A stretch of DNA of 64,000 bases from a virus. Lineage: Duplodnaviria > Caudoviricetes. The notes below the pieces were generated by a model. That model was not told the origin of the DNA, did no database searches, and saw nothing but the letters and a program-made list of their open reading frames with translations. The stretch is taken from positions 1 through 64,000 of IMG/VR virus record IMGVR_UViG_645948442_000001. One strand, written 5' to 3'. Position 1 is the first letter of the stretch; the number at the start of each line of letters is the position of its first letter. The position numbers and the translations under genes are program-made. Shown piece after piece: positions 46,805-56,634 of this stretch.

Positions 46805-49800
46805 TCAAGCCAGCGCCACGCTCCGGAAGTCTTCAATTTCCGGGGTGTCTGTGCTATCCGAACCGAAGAACACGATTCGTTGCTTCACGCCCACGAATGG
46901 GACTGTGGTGGTGTAGTTGTACTCAATCTCTTGGAACGACTTGCTGTCGTTGACGACAGGCTTGGTCGGGTTGATGGTCGTCCATGGGATATCGTTCAGG
47001 TTTTGGTCACCAGTCGTCATGGGCTTGATCTGCACCACAATGCGGTTGGAACCCGGCAGTCGAACGTTGGCCCAGCAGCGGAATGCTGTGTTGGGGTTGT
47101 CATACTTGAGGGAGTTCGACACATACGAGAAGTAAGGGATGGAGTCGTGGATCCGACGGTGGCGGAAGCTAATGGCACCACCGTTCAGGTCGAACAGAGG
47201 AGTCATGTAGCCATCCGTGGTGTTCATCGTGCACCTGATCTCGAAGTCGCCCTCGTTGATCAGCACCCCCTCTTCAGGGAGAGACACGAATTGATCCGTG
47301 TAGTCGAACTTGACCCAACCGCTCTTCGCCCGGCTGGCCTGTCGCGTGTATTGGTATTCCCACACCAGTGATGTGCCCTGCCTGTTGATCGCGCCCGCCT
47401 CGACCCGGAACTCGCTGATAGGCATGTTGGTCTGAACGATGATCGTCTCTCCGCCGAACACGCCATCGGAGGTCGCATTCTTGGGCATTGTGACAGTCAC
47501 TTGGTCCAGATCAACCACGGTGATCACCGTGTGCTCCTTGTTCAACTCGTTGGCCAGGTATCCATTGCCGGCAGCCGCGCCAGACACAACGAACTTGTCA
47601 CCAGGCCGCAGACCGTGGGAACGGATGTTCATCGTGACAGTAGCGTTGCCATTGGTGGACAGGAACGCATTGATCGCAGCACGCACAGCATCCGGCTTAC
47701 CAGACTTCACCAGAGTGATCGCAGGGGTGTTGGTGGTGAAGTTGGCAGCGTAGACCTGGAGCTTCAAGTCCTCAAACTGGTGAGGAGTCCAAGTCATGGC
47801 GTTGGCGGAAGTCAGGAACACGCCCATGTCAGGCTGCTTGGTGACTTGCTCCCTCGTGCCGATCTTGAAGTTGCCCATCACAGCCTTGTACACCTCGTAC
47901 TCTTGGGTGTCAGCCACAAGCACGATGGAATACTCGGTGTTAGCCTCCAGGAATGGAGGATCATCGAATTCAAACGCCGTGGGTACGGAGCCGTCGGCCG
48001 ATGTGGTGATCTGGGATGGGTAGATCGTCTTGGCGCCGAAAACCAGAACCTGATTGGTCGGGAGACCCACCAGGTTGGTGCGGATTTCCATCGTCACGGG
48101 AATGGTCTGCGCCTTGTGAGCGAAATACACATTCACCTTGGACAGATACATGCCGCCAGGAGGGGTTACAAAGAAGGTCTGGGCGATAGGGTCATACGGC
48201 TCCTGGATGTACGTCAGGTTCTGGCGAATCTTCATGTCATGGTAGTTGTCGACTCGCTTCACCTGTCGGATGCCGCCGGATTCGAACACGATCTTCCCGG
48301 ATGTCACGCTGGTGGGCAGGTTCTCGCCAGTCGGGATGTCGCTGAATTTCAGCTCAGTCTCGCCAGTACGGAAACGTTGAGCTGCCGAGTTGGGGACATT
48401 GAAGGTCACCTTGGCCTTGCCCTCGCTGGACACCATGATGGGGTCGCCAGGGTTCGCGGGGCCGAAGCCGTTCCAGGGGCGCATGTATTGACTGACAGGC
48501 ACGCCACCGAAGAACCCGTACAGACGGCCTTGCGGTCGGAAATTCTCCAGCTCGCACACGATCTCAATAGGACGCATGTACTCAATAGGAGCAGATTCCA
48601 GCAGCAAGGTCTCAGAACGCACGTTGTCAGATGTGATCTGGTCAGTGAGGAAAGTGCGTGTCTGCGTCTGGCTCCAGAAAGTGTGGGAAATCAGCTTGTT
48701 GACGAGAGTGGGCGCCTTGTTGTAGGTCTGGTAACGCACCGAAACGCCAGCGACGTCGGTGTAAACCACATCGTAGGTGTTGGTGGGCGGCTGCCAGATG
48801 GTATCGACCCAGAAGTCATTGTTGGGGGTGGCCTTGATGCGTCCAGTCCAGGTGAACACAGCATACGGGTTGATGTTGGTGGTGTCCGTAGCGTAGGGCT
48901 GTTCACTGATCAGACGGTGGTCATACGCGATGGTCGCCAGGTCGCCTACATGCCGAACGTTGCTGCCACTCACATAGATCAAGCTGGTCACCGTCTCCCG
49001 GATAGGAGCTTGGATGCGATTTGTGTCAACGTCCAGAACGCCACCCCACTGGGAGTCCAGGAAGTCGCAACGGGAGCTGTCATCGAAACCGTCAGCGAAG
49101 AACCCATTCTTGTAGCGGTCATTGCCTGTCACAGGATCCTTGACCTGGGTGGTCTTGGTCTTCTGTTCCAGCATAGTCAGCGAGGTGTAGTACTCCAGGT
49201 TGCCGATACGGCGCTCGAGACCACCAATGTCACGCATGGTGTACCGACGGTTGTCGATCTTGCTGACCATGATATCTTTGATGTTCTCGGTGTACGCAGG
49301 CACGAACAGATTGAACAGCAGCATCGTGTTGGCAGGAGCCCTCGGCAGAATCTGCTCCAGGCTGGAAGTGCCGCGCAACCAAAGGTAGCGTCCGTCGGCA
49401 TCCAGATAGACGCCATCCACACGAGACATGTAGTATGTCAAGTCATACCGCACACTGGCCGAAGGGTCAACCATGTCACCGTTGAAGGTGCTGGAAGTGA
49501 AGTTGCCGCTGGCGTCCTTCACCTGGCGGAAATCGAGGCAGTCGGCAAGAGACACTTCCTTGCGGGCAGCGGTCTCCTTCGTCTTGGGGATGTCTTCCCG
49601 CGCCATACCACCGTAGGAGTCCACAGTGAAGTAGTCGCCCATGGAGTGCTCAAAATACTGGTACGTGACCGAGTACGTTTGGCGCAGGTTGGCTCCAGAC
49701 TTGGTGTAGATTTCCCCCACCTCGTACCAGTTGGGGCGCTGGCCAGTGAAGTGGCTGAATGCCGCGACCTCGTCCAGCTGGTTGGTGGTGTTCACCACGG

Positions 49801-51652
49801 AGACCAGTCGAATCACGTCAGCATGAGGCAGTTTCTTGCGATTCTCCACATCGAACACGATGGTTGCAGTGGCGGTCTTCAAGGTCTTCACCTTGGGGGC
49901 CGGGTTCATTTTCAGAACCGACGTCTGTACACGGACGGTCTTGCCGGCCTGACTAGCGCCGAGATTGACATTCAGTGTCCGGCCGACAGGAGAACCACCG
50001 ACGCTCAGAGACGTCATCGGGTCAAACTGCGTGCCGGGGGTAGAAGCGCCAGTCAGAGCCACTGCATAGTTGTAGGGGTCTACAGGGTTGAAAGACTCGC
50101 TCGCCACCAGCGAAATGGAACCCACGCCCTGAGCATCCAGAACAATGTCTACTGCCCGCACAACAGAATAGGAAGTGTCCTGTCCACCGGCTCCTGCCAT
50201 CGTCTTGACAGCGGGGTACGCAAGCGGGAACACGGAGGAGTCCAGGGTGCTGTCGAAGATGGAGTCGCCAGACATATCAGCTTCGAAGTAATTGGAAATG
50301 TCGCTGTACTTCACCTTCTTCGCATCGTAGAACGTCTTGCCAGCCAGGAACTTGACGTCAAAGATGAACATCCGGAGGGTGGAGTTGTCTCGCTTGGTCG
50401 CGCGGCAACGGAAAGTGCCAACCTTGGTCGTACCGTCTGCGGCCAAGAAGTCGAACACTTGCTTGATGTCGATCTTGGGCAGGCTCTTCACGTTCTTCAC
50501 GACGATGAAAGAGCCATAGTTGGGGTACATCACATCGTTGTTGGCAATAGCGGTATCCCGGGCCTTCTCACCAATGATGTCTTCGAAACCATTGATTTCG
50601 CTGCGTCGGCCCAGAACGTAGGACACGCCCTGCCCCAGACGGGCGACATACTTGGAGTTGTCGCCTGCCGGTGCGGGGAACACACCATCCGGGTGCTTGG
50701 CGTCCCGCAGATGGTCCAGCATGGTGATCGGGTAGTCATAGACTGTGTAATCACCGTTGGTCTCGTACGTGCGCTGCTCAATAGCACGCATGATGATGGA
50801 ATAGGCAGTGCCTTCGACCTTTCGCTGTACCTTACCATCAGAGAACCGAACGAGCTCCACGAAGGTGGGGTCCGCCACGTCCTCGGTGTTGGAACTCAGC
50901 GTCAGATCGAACTTCAGACGGGCCGCGCCAGGCGCCTTGTAGTTGGGGAAACCGGATGCGTTGGAGAACAGGCTCGGGTCTTGCTCTTCGGTAACCAGGG
51001 TTTCGGTGACAGTGAAACCAGCGCGACGGAAAGCAGTGACGTCTTCCGTTTCAGCCAGGATGGTTTGACCTTCGCAGCGGACCAGGTGTCCGCGAACGAA
51101 GTACACACCAGGAGCGACGGACACCAGGATGCCCTTGTCTGGCCGAATCACAGTCAGCGTAGCCAGCAAAGTGTCCTGGCCGTCAACCCGACGCACGAGG
51201 AACACACTTTCATCAACGATGAAACGTGGGCGGCCTGTGCCCGTCTCTGCGCTCTGGTATTCCACAGCCAGAGCGTTGGCCAGCAGGCCTTGTTGCTTGC
51301 GGATAGCCAGTACCTTGGCTTCAATGCCAGCACCGGTGCCACCAGACTTGACATACAGGTCGGCGAGATCAGACTGGAACTGGGTCAGGTCCAGATCACC
51401 GTAGATGTTGCAGGTGATGAAGTCCTGCTCGGTGGTCGCGTTCACCCCGCCAGGGATCACGATAGCGCCTTCCTCGAACAGATGACGCCCAGTGCGATTG
51501 ATCTGGTCTTGGAGAATGGTTTGGAGTTGGGTCAGTTCGCGGGCCTGCACAGTGCGGCCCGGTCGGAACAGAATCCTGTGGAAATTCTTGGCCGCTTCAT
51601 AGTCATCGAAGAACGGCGGCACGTTCAAGTCGGTCTGCTGCAGATCGCTCAT
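46805..51652 (-). CDS. VrlC-like (DUF4815-type) large baseplate structural protein
   Basis: PPFFDDY...KNFHRILFRPGR.VQARELTQLQ, APGAARL, RRYTMRDIG.LE.RI.NLEYY, DPIAQTF. Confidence 0.9.
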   Translation of the reverse strand: MSDLQQTDLNVPPFFDDYEAAKNFHRILFRPGRTVQARELTQLQTILQDQINRTGRHLFEEGAIVIPGGVNATTEQDFITCNIYGDLDLTQFQSDLADLYVKSGGTGAGIEAKVLAIRKQQGLLANALAVEYQSAETGTGRPRFIVDESVFLVRRVDGQDTLLATLTVIRPDKGILVSVAPGVYFVRGHLVRCEGQTILAETEDVTAFRRAGFTVTETLVTEEQDPSLFSNASGFPNYKAPGAARLKFDLTLSSNTEDVADPTFVELVRFSDGKVQRKVEGTAYSIIMRAIEQRTYETNGDYTVYDYPITMLDHLRDAKHPDGVFPAPAGDNSKYVARLGQGVSYVLGRRSEINGFEDIIGEKARDTAIANNDVMYPNYGSFIVVKNVKSLPKIDIKQVFDFLAADGTTKVGTFRCRATKRDNSTLRMFIFDVKFLAGKTFYDAKKVKYSDISNYFEADMSGDSIFDSTLDSSVFPLAYPAVKTMAGAGGQDTSYSVVRAVDIVLDAQGVGSISLVASESFNPVDPYNYAVALTGASTPGTQFDPMTSLSVGGSPVGRTLNVNLGASQAGKTVRVQTSVLKMNPAPKVKTLKTATATIVFDVENRKKLPHADVIRLVSVVNTTNQLDEVAAFSHFTGQRPNWYEVGEIYTKSGANLRQTYSVTYQYFEHSMGDYFTVDSYGGMAREDIPKTKETAARKEVSLADCLDFRQVKDASGNFTSSTFNGDMVDPSASVRYDLTYYMSRVDGVYLDADGRYLWLRGTSSLEQILPRAPANTMLLFNLFVPAYTENIKDIMVSKIDNRRYTMRDIGGLERRIGNLEYYTSLTMLEQKTKTTQVKDPVTGNDRYKNGFFADGFDDSSRCDFLDSQWGGVLDVDTNRIQAPIRETVTSLIYVSGSNVRHVGDLATIAYDHRLISEQPYATDTTNINPYAVFTWTGRIKATPNNDFWVDTIWQPPTNTYDVVYTDVAGVSVRYQTYNKAPTLVNKLISHTFWSQTQTRTFLTDQITSDNVRSETLLLESAPIEYMRPIEIVCELENFRPQGRLYGFFGGVPVSQYMRPWNGFGPANPGDPIMVSSEGKAKVTFNVPNSAAQRFRTGETELKFSDIPTGENLPTSVTSGKIVFESGGIRQVKRVDNYHDMKIRQNLTYIQEPYDPIAQTFFVTPPGGMYLSKVNVYFAHKAQTIPVTMEIRTNLVGLPTNQVLVFGAKTIYPSQITTSADGSVPTAFEFDDPPFLEANTEYSIVLVADTQEYEVYKAVMGNFKIGTREQVTKQPDMGVFLTSANAMTWTPHQFEDLKLQVYAANFTTNTPAITLVKSGKPDAVRAAINAFLSTNGNATVTMNIRSHGLRPGDKFVVSGAAAGNGYLANELNKEHTVITVVDLDQVTVTMPKNATSDGVFGGETIIVQTNMPISEFRVEAGAINRQGTSLVWEYQYTRQASRAKSGWVKFDYTDQFVSLPEEGVLINEGDFEIRCTMNTTDGYMTPLFDLNGGAISFRHRRIHDSIPYFSYVSNSLKYDNPNTAFRCWANVRLPGSNRIVVQIKPMTTGDQNLNDIPWTTINPTKPVVNDSKSFQEIEYNYTTTVPFVGVKQRIVFFGSDSTDTPEIEDFRSVALA

Positions 51653-51672
51653 CTAACTCTCCTTGTTACCAT

Positions 51673-51712
51673 GTATTTAGCAAAAGAAAAGCCCCTCCAT
51701 TGAGGAGGGGCT
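51673..51712 (-). repeat. Terminator plus late-promoter cassette, copy 2
   Basis: GTATTTAGCAAAAGAAAAGCCCCTCCATTGAGGAGGGGCT. Confidence 0.8.
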
Positions 51713-51715
51713 CTT

Positions 51716-52420
51716 TCATTTCAGGGTCTCGTGTATATCAGCAGTCAGCAGATTGTAATATGTTGGGTTGCTCCCTGGGGTGGTGTTACGCAAACAAATT
51801 TGCAACTGATCGCCGGGGTACATGAAGGCACTTTGCTCAAGCAAAGGGCCATCGGCGTTAGAAAGGTTGTAGCCTCCACAATTGCCCAAACCGACGATTG
51901 ATCCATCAGATCGCAAAATTTGGAATCTGCAATAATCGGTGGTTGCAATTTCTCTGGTTCGAGGGTTGACTATAGCATATTCTACATCGCTCGGGCATGT
52001 GTATATGGTCTCAAACACTAATGTGGCAGTGGTGGTGCTCGTGCCTTTGCCAGCTCTAGTGAATCTGTATTTAGATCCATCTATTTTTTGGTATTCAACG
52101 CCAGCTATAGTGATGAACCCGGAACCATTATTGGAAGAGGTGAGAGGCAACAAACCAACAGTGGTCCCCGAAGGAACCCGAAAAGTCTGGGTGGAGTAAC
52201 TGTAGATGGTGGTAGCTGCAGTGCTTAGCAGAACCGGATCATTCCTGTTGATCAAAACAGGAGTACCAGCGGCGTACACCAAACTCTGCGCAGGTCCCAA
52301 TCTCAAAGACAGTTGGACGTCCGCGTATGCCGCCTCTAGGGGTACGGTGTACACATTGATCATGCTGGTGTCCCCAGCATTATAGGCAACCTGTGCCAAA
52401 AGCCCTTGTCTGTAGATCAT
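51716..52420 (-). CDS. Putative tail-fibre-associated beta protein (YTxP family, paralogue 3)
   Basis: R.GLL start, VYTVP and IYTCP repeats; AT-richer than the genome. Confidence 0.65.
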   Translation of the reverse strand: MIYRQGLLAQVAYNAGDTSMINVYTVPLEAAYADVQLSLRLGPAQSLVYAAGTPVLINRNDPVLLSTAATTIYSYSTQTFRVPSGTTVGLLPLTSSNNGSGFITIAGVEYQKIDGSKYRFTRAGKGTSTTTATLVFETIYTCPSDVEYAIVNPRTREIATTDYCRFQILRSDGSIVGLGNCGGYNLSNADGPLLEQSAFMYPGDQLQICLRNTTPGSNPTYYNLLTADIHETLK

Positions 52421-53013
52421 GGCAACTGAATCCCTTGTATTCTCATAACGCCGCTACCCCCGGTAGAACCGTTGTATCTGGCATACACGCTGCCCCCGGG
52501 TGGCACAAATATCTTGTTATCGAATGCAGTGCCGCTTTGAGTTCTGTCTGCGGATTTGAAAAATTGCTTTCCGGTGCTATCGATTACGTACATCCCCAAA
52601 GTGACGTTGACCACAGGGTATATCACGTGAGACCACGTGTTCGGATTGGTGTAGATTAGGGACCAAGTCGTGGGATCAGCAGAGGAATTCAGGGCGATGT
52701 ATGGGTTATCTGTGGATTCCAATACAAACTCTTGCCCGGCCAACATGATGTTGAAAAAGTTGGAACTGGAGCCGCCTTTGCTCCATGTGACTACATCACC
52801 AGCCTTCAAATACAGGTTGCGACGAAAATTGGACAACGCCGGCACCCAAGACCCGTTCACGGCAAAACGCAATTGAGCGTCTTCATGCATTATTTTGACG
52901 ATGGCTATGTCAATGCCTGCTGGAACAGTATATAAATCTCTGTAATTGGCGTCTGGCACTAAGGAAATGGCGGCGTGCCAAGAACCAAGAATACCGCTCT
53001 TCTTCATTTTCAT
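52417..53013 (-). CDS. Putative tail-fibre-associated beta protein (YTxP family, paralogue 2)
   Basis: KSGILG start, LYTVP and IYTNP repeats. Confidence 0.65.
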   Translation of the reverse strand: MKMKKSGILGSWHAAISLVPDANYRDLYTVPAGIDIAIVKIMHEDAQLRFAVNGSWVPALSNFRRNLYLKAGDVVTWSKGGSSSNFFNIMLAGQEFVLESTDNPYIALNSSADPTTWSLIYTNPNTWSHVIYPVVNVTLGMYVIDSTGKQFFKSADRTQSGTAFDNKIFVPPGGSVYARYNGSTGGSGVMRIQGIQLP

Positions 53014-53801
53014 GTGTATCTCCCCTTCATACCAATGATTATGTTAGCAGCCGCACTCATTGGTATTTTTGAGTTCATCATAGGAAATTGCACTGTGTCG
53101 TTATAGTTGGCCTTCTCCAAATTGAAAAGCGTAGGTTCCCCTTTGAGGCCATAGTACGTTCCCAAAGCAGTGTATTGATCTGTCGCCACCTTACGTTTTA
53201 CCACATAACACCTACGCGGGTATGTTGGCGAGACAATCGGGTATCTCAATTCCATATAATCGAAATCCCCCATGTCAGACATCCAATCCCAATTAATGGT
53301 GTAATCGGTTTCCGATCTGATTGTCTTCCAGAATGGGACAAAATTGTCGTCACTGGCATCCGTCCGGTTGTATTCAAACCCATTAACCCTGGTGTTGAAA
53401 ACAGCAGTGGTATTTGAGGTCAGGGATTCCACGCTGATGTACACTTGGTCCCCCGGGAACACGGGCAGCAACATGGTGGGTTTGCAGCCCCTATCGTATC
53501 CGGAGGGGGTGGCGTAAGAGGTGTTCCACAGCAAAGACCTGTATTTGTTATCCAATACGCTGAGTATCGGTATGAACATCCGAGAAGAAGCCGGTTGACC
53601 CGACTTCTGCAACTCATATCGGTAAAAGACGCCGAGAGAGTAATTGGTGACCTCCAGAGAAATCTCTGCACGCAAACAGTCCGCAGGGCAGGTATACACC
53701 AACTGACGCGGACTGTAGACATTGTTGGAAATGGCGGAGGATCCGGTGGTGAACGTGGAAGTGTTGACGCCCAACACCCCCGCCTTGCGAACGATAGCCA
53801 T
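53010..53801 (-). CDS. Putative tail-fibre-associated beta protein (YTxP family, paralogue 1)
   Basis: KAGVLG start, VYTCP. Confidence 0.65.
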   Translation of the reverse strand: MAIVRKAGVLGVNTSTFTTGSSAISNNVYSPRQLVYTCPADCLRAEISLEVTNYSLGVFYRYELQKSGQPASSRMFIPILSVLDNKYRSLLWNTSYATPSGYDRGCKPTMLLPVFPGDQVYISVESLTSNTTAVFNTRVNGFEYNRTDASDDNFVPFWKTIRSETDYTINWDWMSDMGDFDYMELRYPIVSPTYPRRCYVVKRKVATDQYTALGTYYGLKGEPTLFNLEKANYNDTVQFPMMNSKIPMSAAANIIIGMKGRYT

Positions 53802-54220
53802 CAGAAATACCTCGCCCAGATGTAGGCCGCTTGGGATGTTCGCACATCCACTTGAGCCTTGGTGTAATAGTTGGTCATGTAGGAGTTGAAAGTTGCGGAG
53901 TCCATCTTAGAAGACACCATGGCATCCATCTGGGACCGCGTGTAAGTGTGGTCAAACCGCATTTCACTCAAGTTGGCCAGTGTGATTTTGTCCCCAATGG
54001 TCAGTGTAGTGGTGGGCTTGATCAACAGATAGCCGGTGGCCGCGTCTCGGGTGAATTGCTCCGGCGACAGGTTGATGCCATTCTTGAACACCAGGGACTG
54101 GAAGGAAGCCACCACCTGGACAATCTTGTTGCCCTGACCGTCTGTGATCTCAGAGCCGTTGACTGTGTACACCTTGTCTTGGTACACCAGCCACGACGGG
54201 TTTACGCCAGCGTATGCCAT
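53801..54220 (-). CDS. Putative tail fibre adaptor
   Basis: VFKNGINL, YTRSQMD/YTKAQVD fibre-type repeats, hydrophobic C-terminus. Confidence 0.6.
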   Translation of the reverse strand: MAYAGVNPSWLVYQDKVYTVNGSEITDGQGNKIVQVVASFQSLVFKNGINLSPEQFTRDAATGYLLIKPTTTLTIGDKITLANLSEMRFDHTYTRSQMDAMVSSKMDSATFNSYMTNYYTKAQVDVRTSQAAYIWARYF

Positions 54221-54231
54221 GATTCAATCCC

Positions 54232-54728
54232 TCATTGTTTGCTGGCGTACTCGAACAGCTCGTCCAAGTCCCAACCATTCACTTGAGAGAAGGCAACCAC
54301 CAGTGGGTTGCTCTTCTCAACCGTGGCTCGAGTCTTCAACTCTAGCCGACCCCGCTCCCGCATTTCCTCCGGAAGAAGGTCGGCCAAGGCCAGGAATTCC
54401 TCTTCAGTCTTGATGCCCTTGAGGTCATACAAAGCCAGCCGACACTGACTCATGGTGACTATGGACGCTTTGGGCTTCTCCACTTGGAAGTCATTGAAGG
54501 TGCGCCAAGGCGTCTCCGGGTTGGTGGAATATTGGTCAAACTCTTCAGGCAGGTATTCCGCAAGGACGTTCACTGCCAACCTGGTAGGGCCACCACAATC
54601 TCTTTGTCGCCATCCTTCTGGGACACATATTGAATACCGATGACGTCCAGAGTGGAGCCCTTGGGTATGAGAGGGAGCATCCCATCCCAAATGTCCTTGA
54701 TGGGGAAAGTCAAATAGAAAACTTTCAT
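54232..54728 (-). pseudogene. Tail-fibre accessory protein gene with a 1-nt deletion (or a sequencing error)
   Basis: MKVFYL..LDVIG..ALPGW stops at 54570; another frame continues VNVLAEYLPEE..PETPWRTF; adding one base restores GWHVNV and 165 aa. Confidence 0.65.
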
Positions 54729-56029
54729 TTTGTGAGGGCCTCCAATTGGGCTGTGGTGAATTCGCCCTGATACACACGAACAGACTTGATGACCTGAGAA
54801 CCTACCGTCACCACACCAAAAGGATCCATCGCCCCGGCAGGGCTGAAGTAGTTGATCTGGGCGCCCCATCTGGTGCTACCCCCTGAAGTACCGGCCTTGG
54901 GTCCGACAGAAGAACCGTTGATCGCAACCGCCGGATTGACGCCCATATTGACGCCCAAAGTGAACCCAGCACCTTGAGGTATCACACCATTGAGTTCATT
55001 GGTGGTGACCGTGCCGGACTGGTTCAAGGATATGGCGTTGCCGGAGCGAGCAACCTGGTTGTATGGGGAACCATTCTCGTTCATTGCCGAGAACAGAGGC
55101 CCGTCGTACCCAAATCGGCTGGCGTATTCGATCACCGCAGACAATCCGTTGCCATGGTAGTGGGAGTAGAACAACTGCAGTTGGTCAGCCGCTCTCGTGA
55201 CCGCTCCGCTGGTGGAAGTTGTGAGAATCGGGCTGGTGGGATGGCGCAACGCTTCTGCCTGCACATGAGCCAGGCAGAAGGAACGGTTGGCCAGAGAACC
55301 AGTCAAGGTCCCATCATCCATCATCGGATACACCGCCGGATTCATGGTGCCACCGATGACGGAGTTGAAAGTCATTGACACCCGCCAAACGTTCTTGCCT
55401 TCGGACACAACGTACAGAGGTTGCACAACAACGGAATCAGGAGCGCCACCCCAATTGGCCCAGTTGCCGTTGCGCATATCGAATCTGACGTTGGCGGAAT
55501 TACCACCAGGCAGAACATTACGCAACTGCAGCAATACCCAATTGATGGGACCACCGGAAGAGGCCACGGTGTCCCGCTCAACAATGAAACTCACCGTACA
55601 GGCGGAGCCGGCAGCCATCGTAAACCCCCAGGTCATTACGCATATGGGCCCTCCTTCGTTCTGGTTACCGGGGGAGGGAATCACAGCGCCATGACGGTAA
55701 ATGCCGTCGAATACAGAGTTCGCCGGTGCGATTCGATTACACCCGTAGAATGTCCAACCATTGGAGTCACTGGAATAGGGCACCAGATTAGTAGATGCGC
55801 ACTCCAGCATAATACCAACATTCTCGCCGGTCCAAGGGTTGGAAGAGAACCGGGCACCGTTCACTGGCCAAACGCCACCCCCATAGGAGGTGTTGTCAAG
55901 CCTGCCCTTCATCAGCCCATAAGCCGAAGTGGACCGGAAGAACATGCTAGTGTTGGGCAGCTGGCGGGCGGTGAAATCCCAAGTCGCCATTGGGGAGACA
56001 TTGGGGATATAGCTAAGTCGTTGGTCCAT
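54725..56029 (-). CDS. Putative tail fibre / receptor-binding protein with lectin-like beta-sandwich
   Basis: FFRSTSA, G.MLE..STNL, QAEA..HPTSPI.T...VTRAAD motifs seen in phage fibre proteins. Confidence 0.65.
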   Translation of the reverse strand: MDQRLSYIPNVSPMATWDFTARQLPNTSMFFRSTSAYGLMKGRLDNTSYGGGVWPVNGARFSSNPWTGENVGIMLECASTNLVPYSSDSNGWTFYGCNRIAPANSVFDGIYRHGAVIPSPGNQNEGGPICVMTWGFTMAAGSACTVSFIVERDTVASSGGPINWVLLQLRNVLPGGNSANVRFDMRNGNWANWGGAPDSVVVQPLYVVSEGKNVWRVSMTFNSVIGGTMNPAVYPMMDDGTLTGSLANRSFCLAHVQAEALRHPTSPILTTSTSGAVTRAADQLQLFYSHYHGNGLSAVIEYASRFGYDGPLFSAMNENGSPYNQVARSGNAISLNQSGTVTTNELNGVIPQGAGFTLGVNMGVNPAVAINGSSVGPKAGTSGGSTRWGAQINYFSPAGAMDPFGVVTVGSQVIKSVRVYQGEFTTAQLEALTK

Positions 56030-56037
56030 CTTTCACC

Positions 56038-56304
56038 TCAAGAGATTGTCCAGTTGATGCCCCGTGTCAGACCGTCGTACCCACGAAAACGGATACCAAG
56101 CACCGTGTCGGACACCCGTTCAAAGTAGACGTGGAATCTATCCACGTTAGCGCCCTCTCCGGCGGAGACCACAGACAAACGGTTGGGTACATCCAAGAAA
56201 GCGAGACGGCCAAGGGTGCCGTTCAATGGCACCTGATTGGGATTGGTGCCCACATCTGGGGCACGCACCGGGGTAGCCCCGATAAAGCCTGCAAGAGCCA
56301 TCAC
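56038..56304 (-). CDS. Small tail-fibre-associated protein
   Basis: GTNPNQVPLNG.LG.LAF motif; coupled to neighbouring genes. Confidence 0.65.
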   Translation of the reverse strand: MMALAGFIGATPVRAPDVGTNPNQVPLNGTLGRLAFLDVPNRLSVVSAGEGANVDRFHVYFERVSDTVLGIRFRGYDGLTRGINWTIS

Positions 56305-56630
56305 GGCACCTCACTTACGGAAACATGAACATCCAGGGAAGCAGCCGTGTCCGACTTGATCATCAGACTGTCCCCCGCGTTGATACAAAACTTCTGTTCA
56401 CCGCCGGAGGCGATGTAAGCGGCGCCGGGCGGGATCATGAAGTTTCTGGCGATGTAGGTCTCGACCGCTGCCGCGCTGCGGTAGATCATGTCGAACTTGA
56501 CCACCGAGTTGGTCATATTACAAACGTTGAACCCGACTGCGACGGAAGTGCGCCCGGCCGGAGCGGTGTAGACGGCCACTGCCGTCGTGCCAACAGAACG
56601 AGCCGTGGCGGCTCTCAGCAAATCACTCAT
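56301..56630 (-). CDS. Single-domain YTxP structural protein
   Basis: VYTAPAG..SV...NVCN, IPPG, AGDSL, SLDVHVS. Confidence 0.7.
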   Translation of the reverse strand: MSDLLRAATARSVGTTAVAVYTAPAGRTSVAVGFNVCNMTNSVVKFDMIYRSAAAVETYIARNFMIPPGAAYIASGGEQKFCINAGDSLMIKSDTAASLDVHVSVSEVP

Positions 56631-56634
56631 TTGG

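Noticed and set aside
47501-51703. 1400-aa + strand ORF, and similar long antisense ORFs at 38986-41658, 27974-30481, 20781-22727 and 32461-33918
   Set aside because: They mirror well-supported genes on the opposite strand, which is expected from strong codon bias; they show no recognisable motifs or SD.
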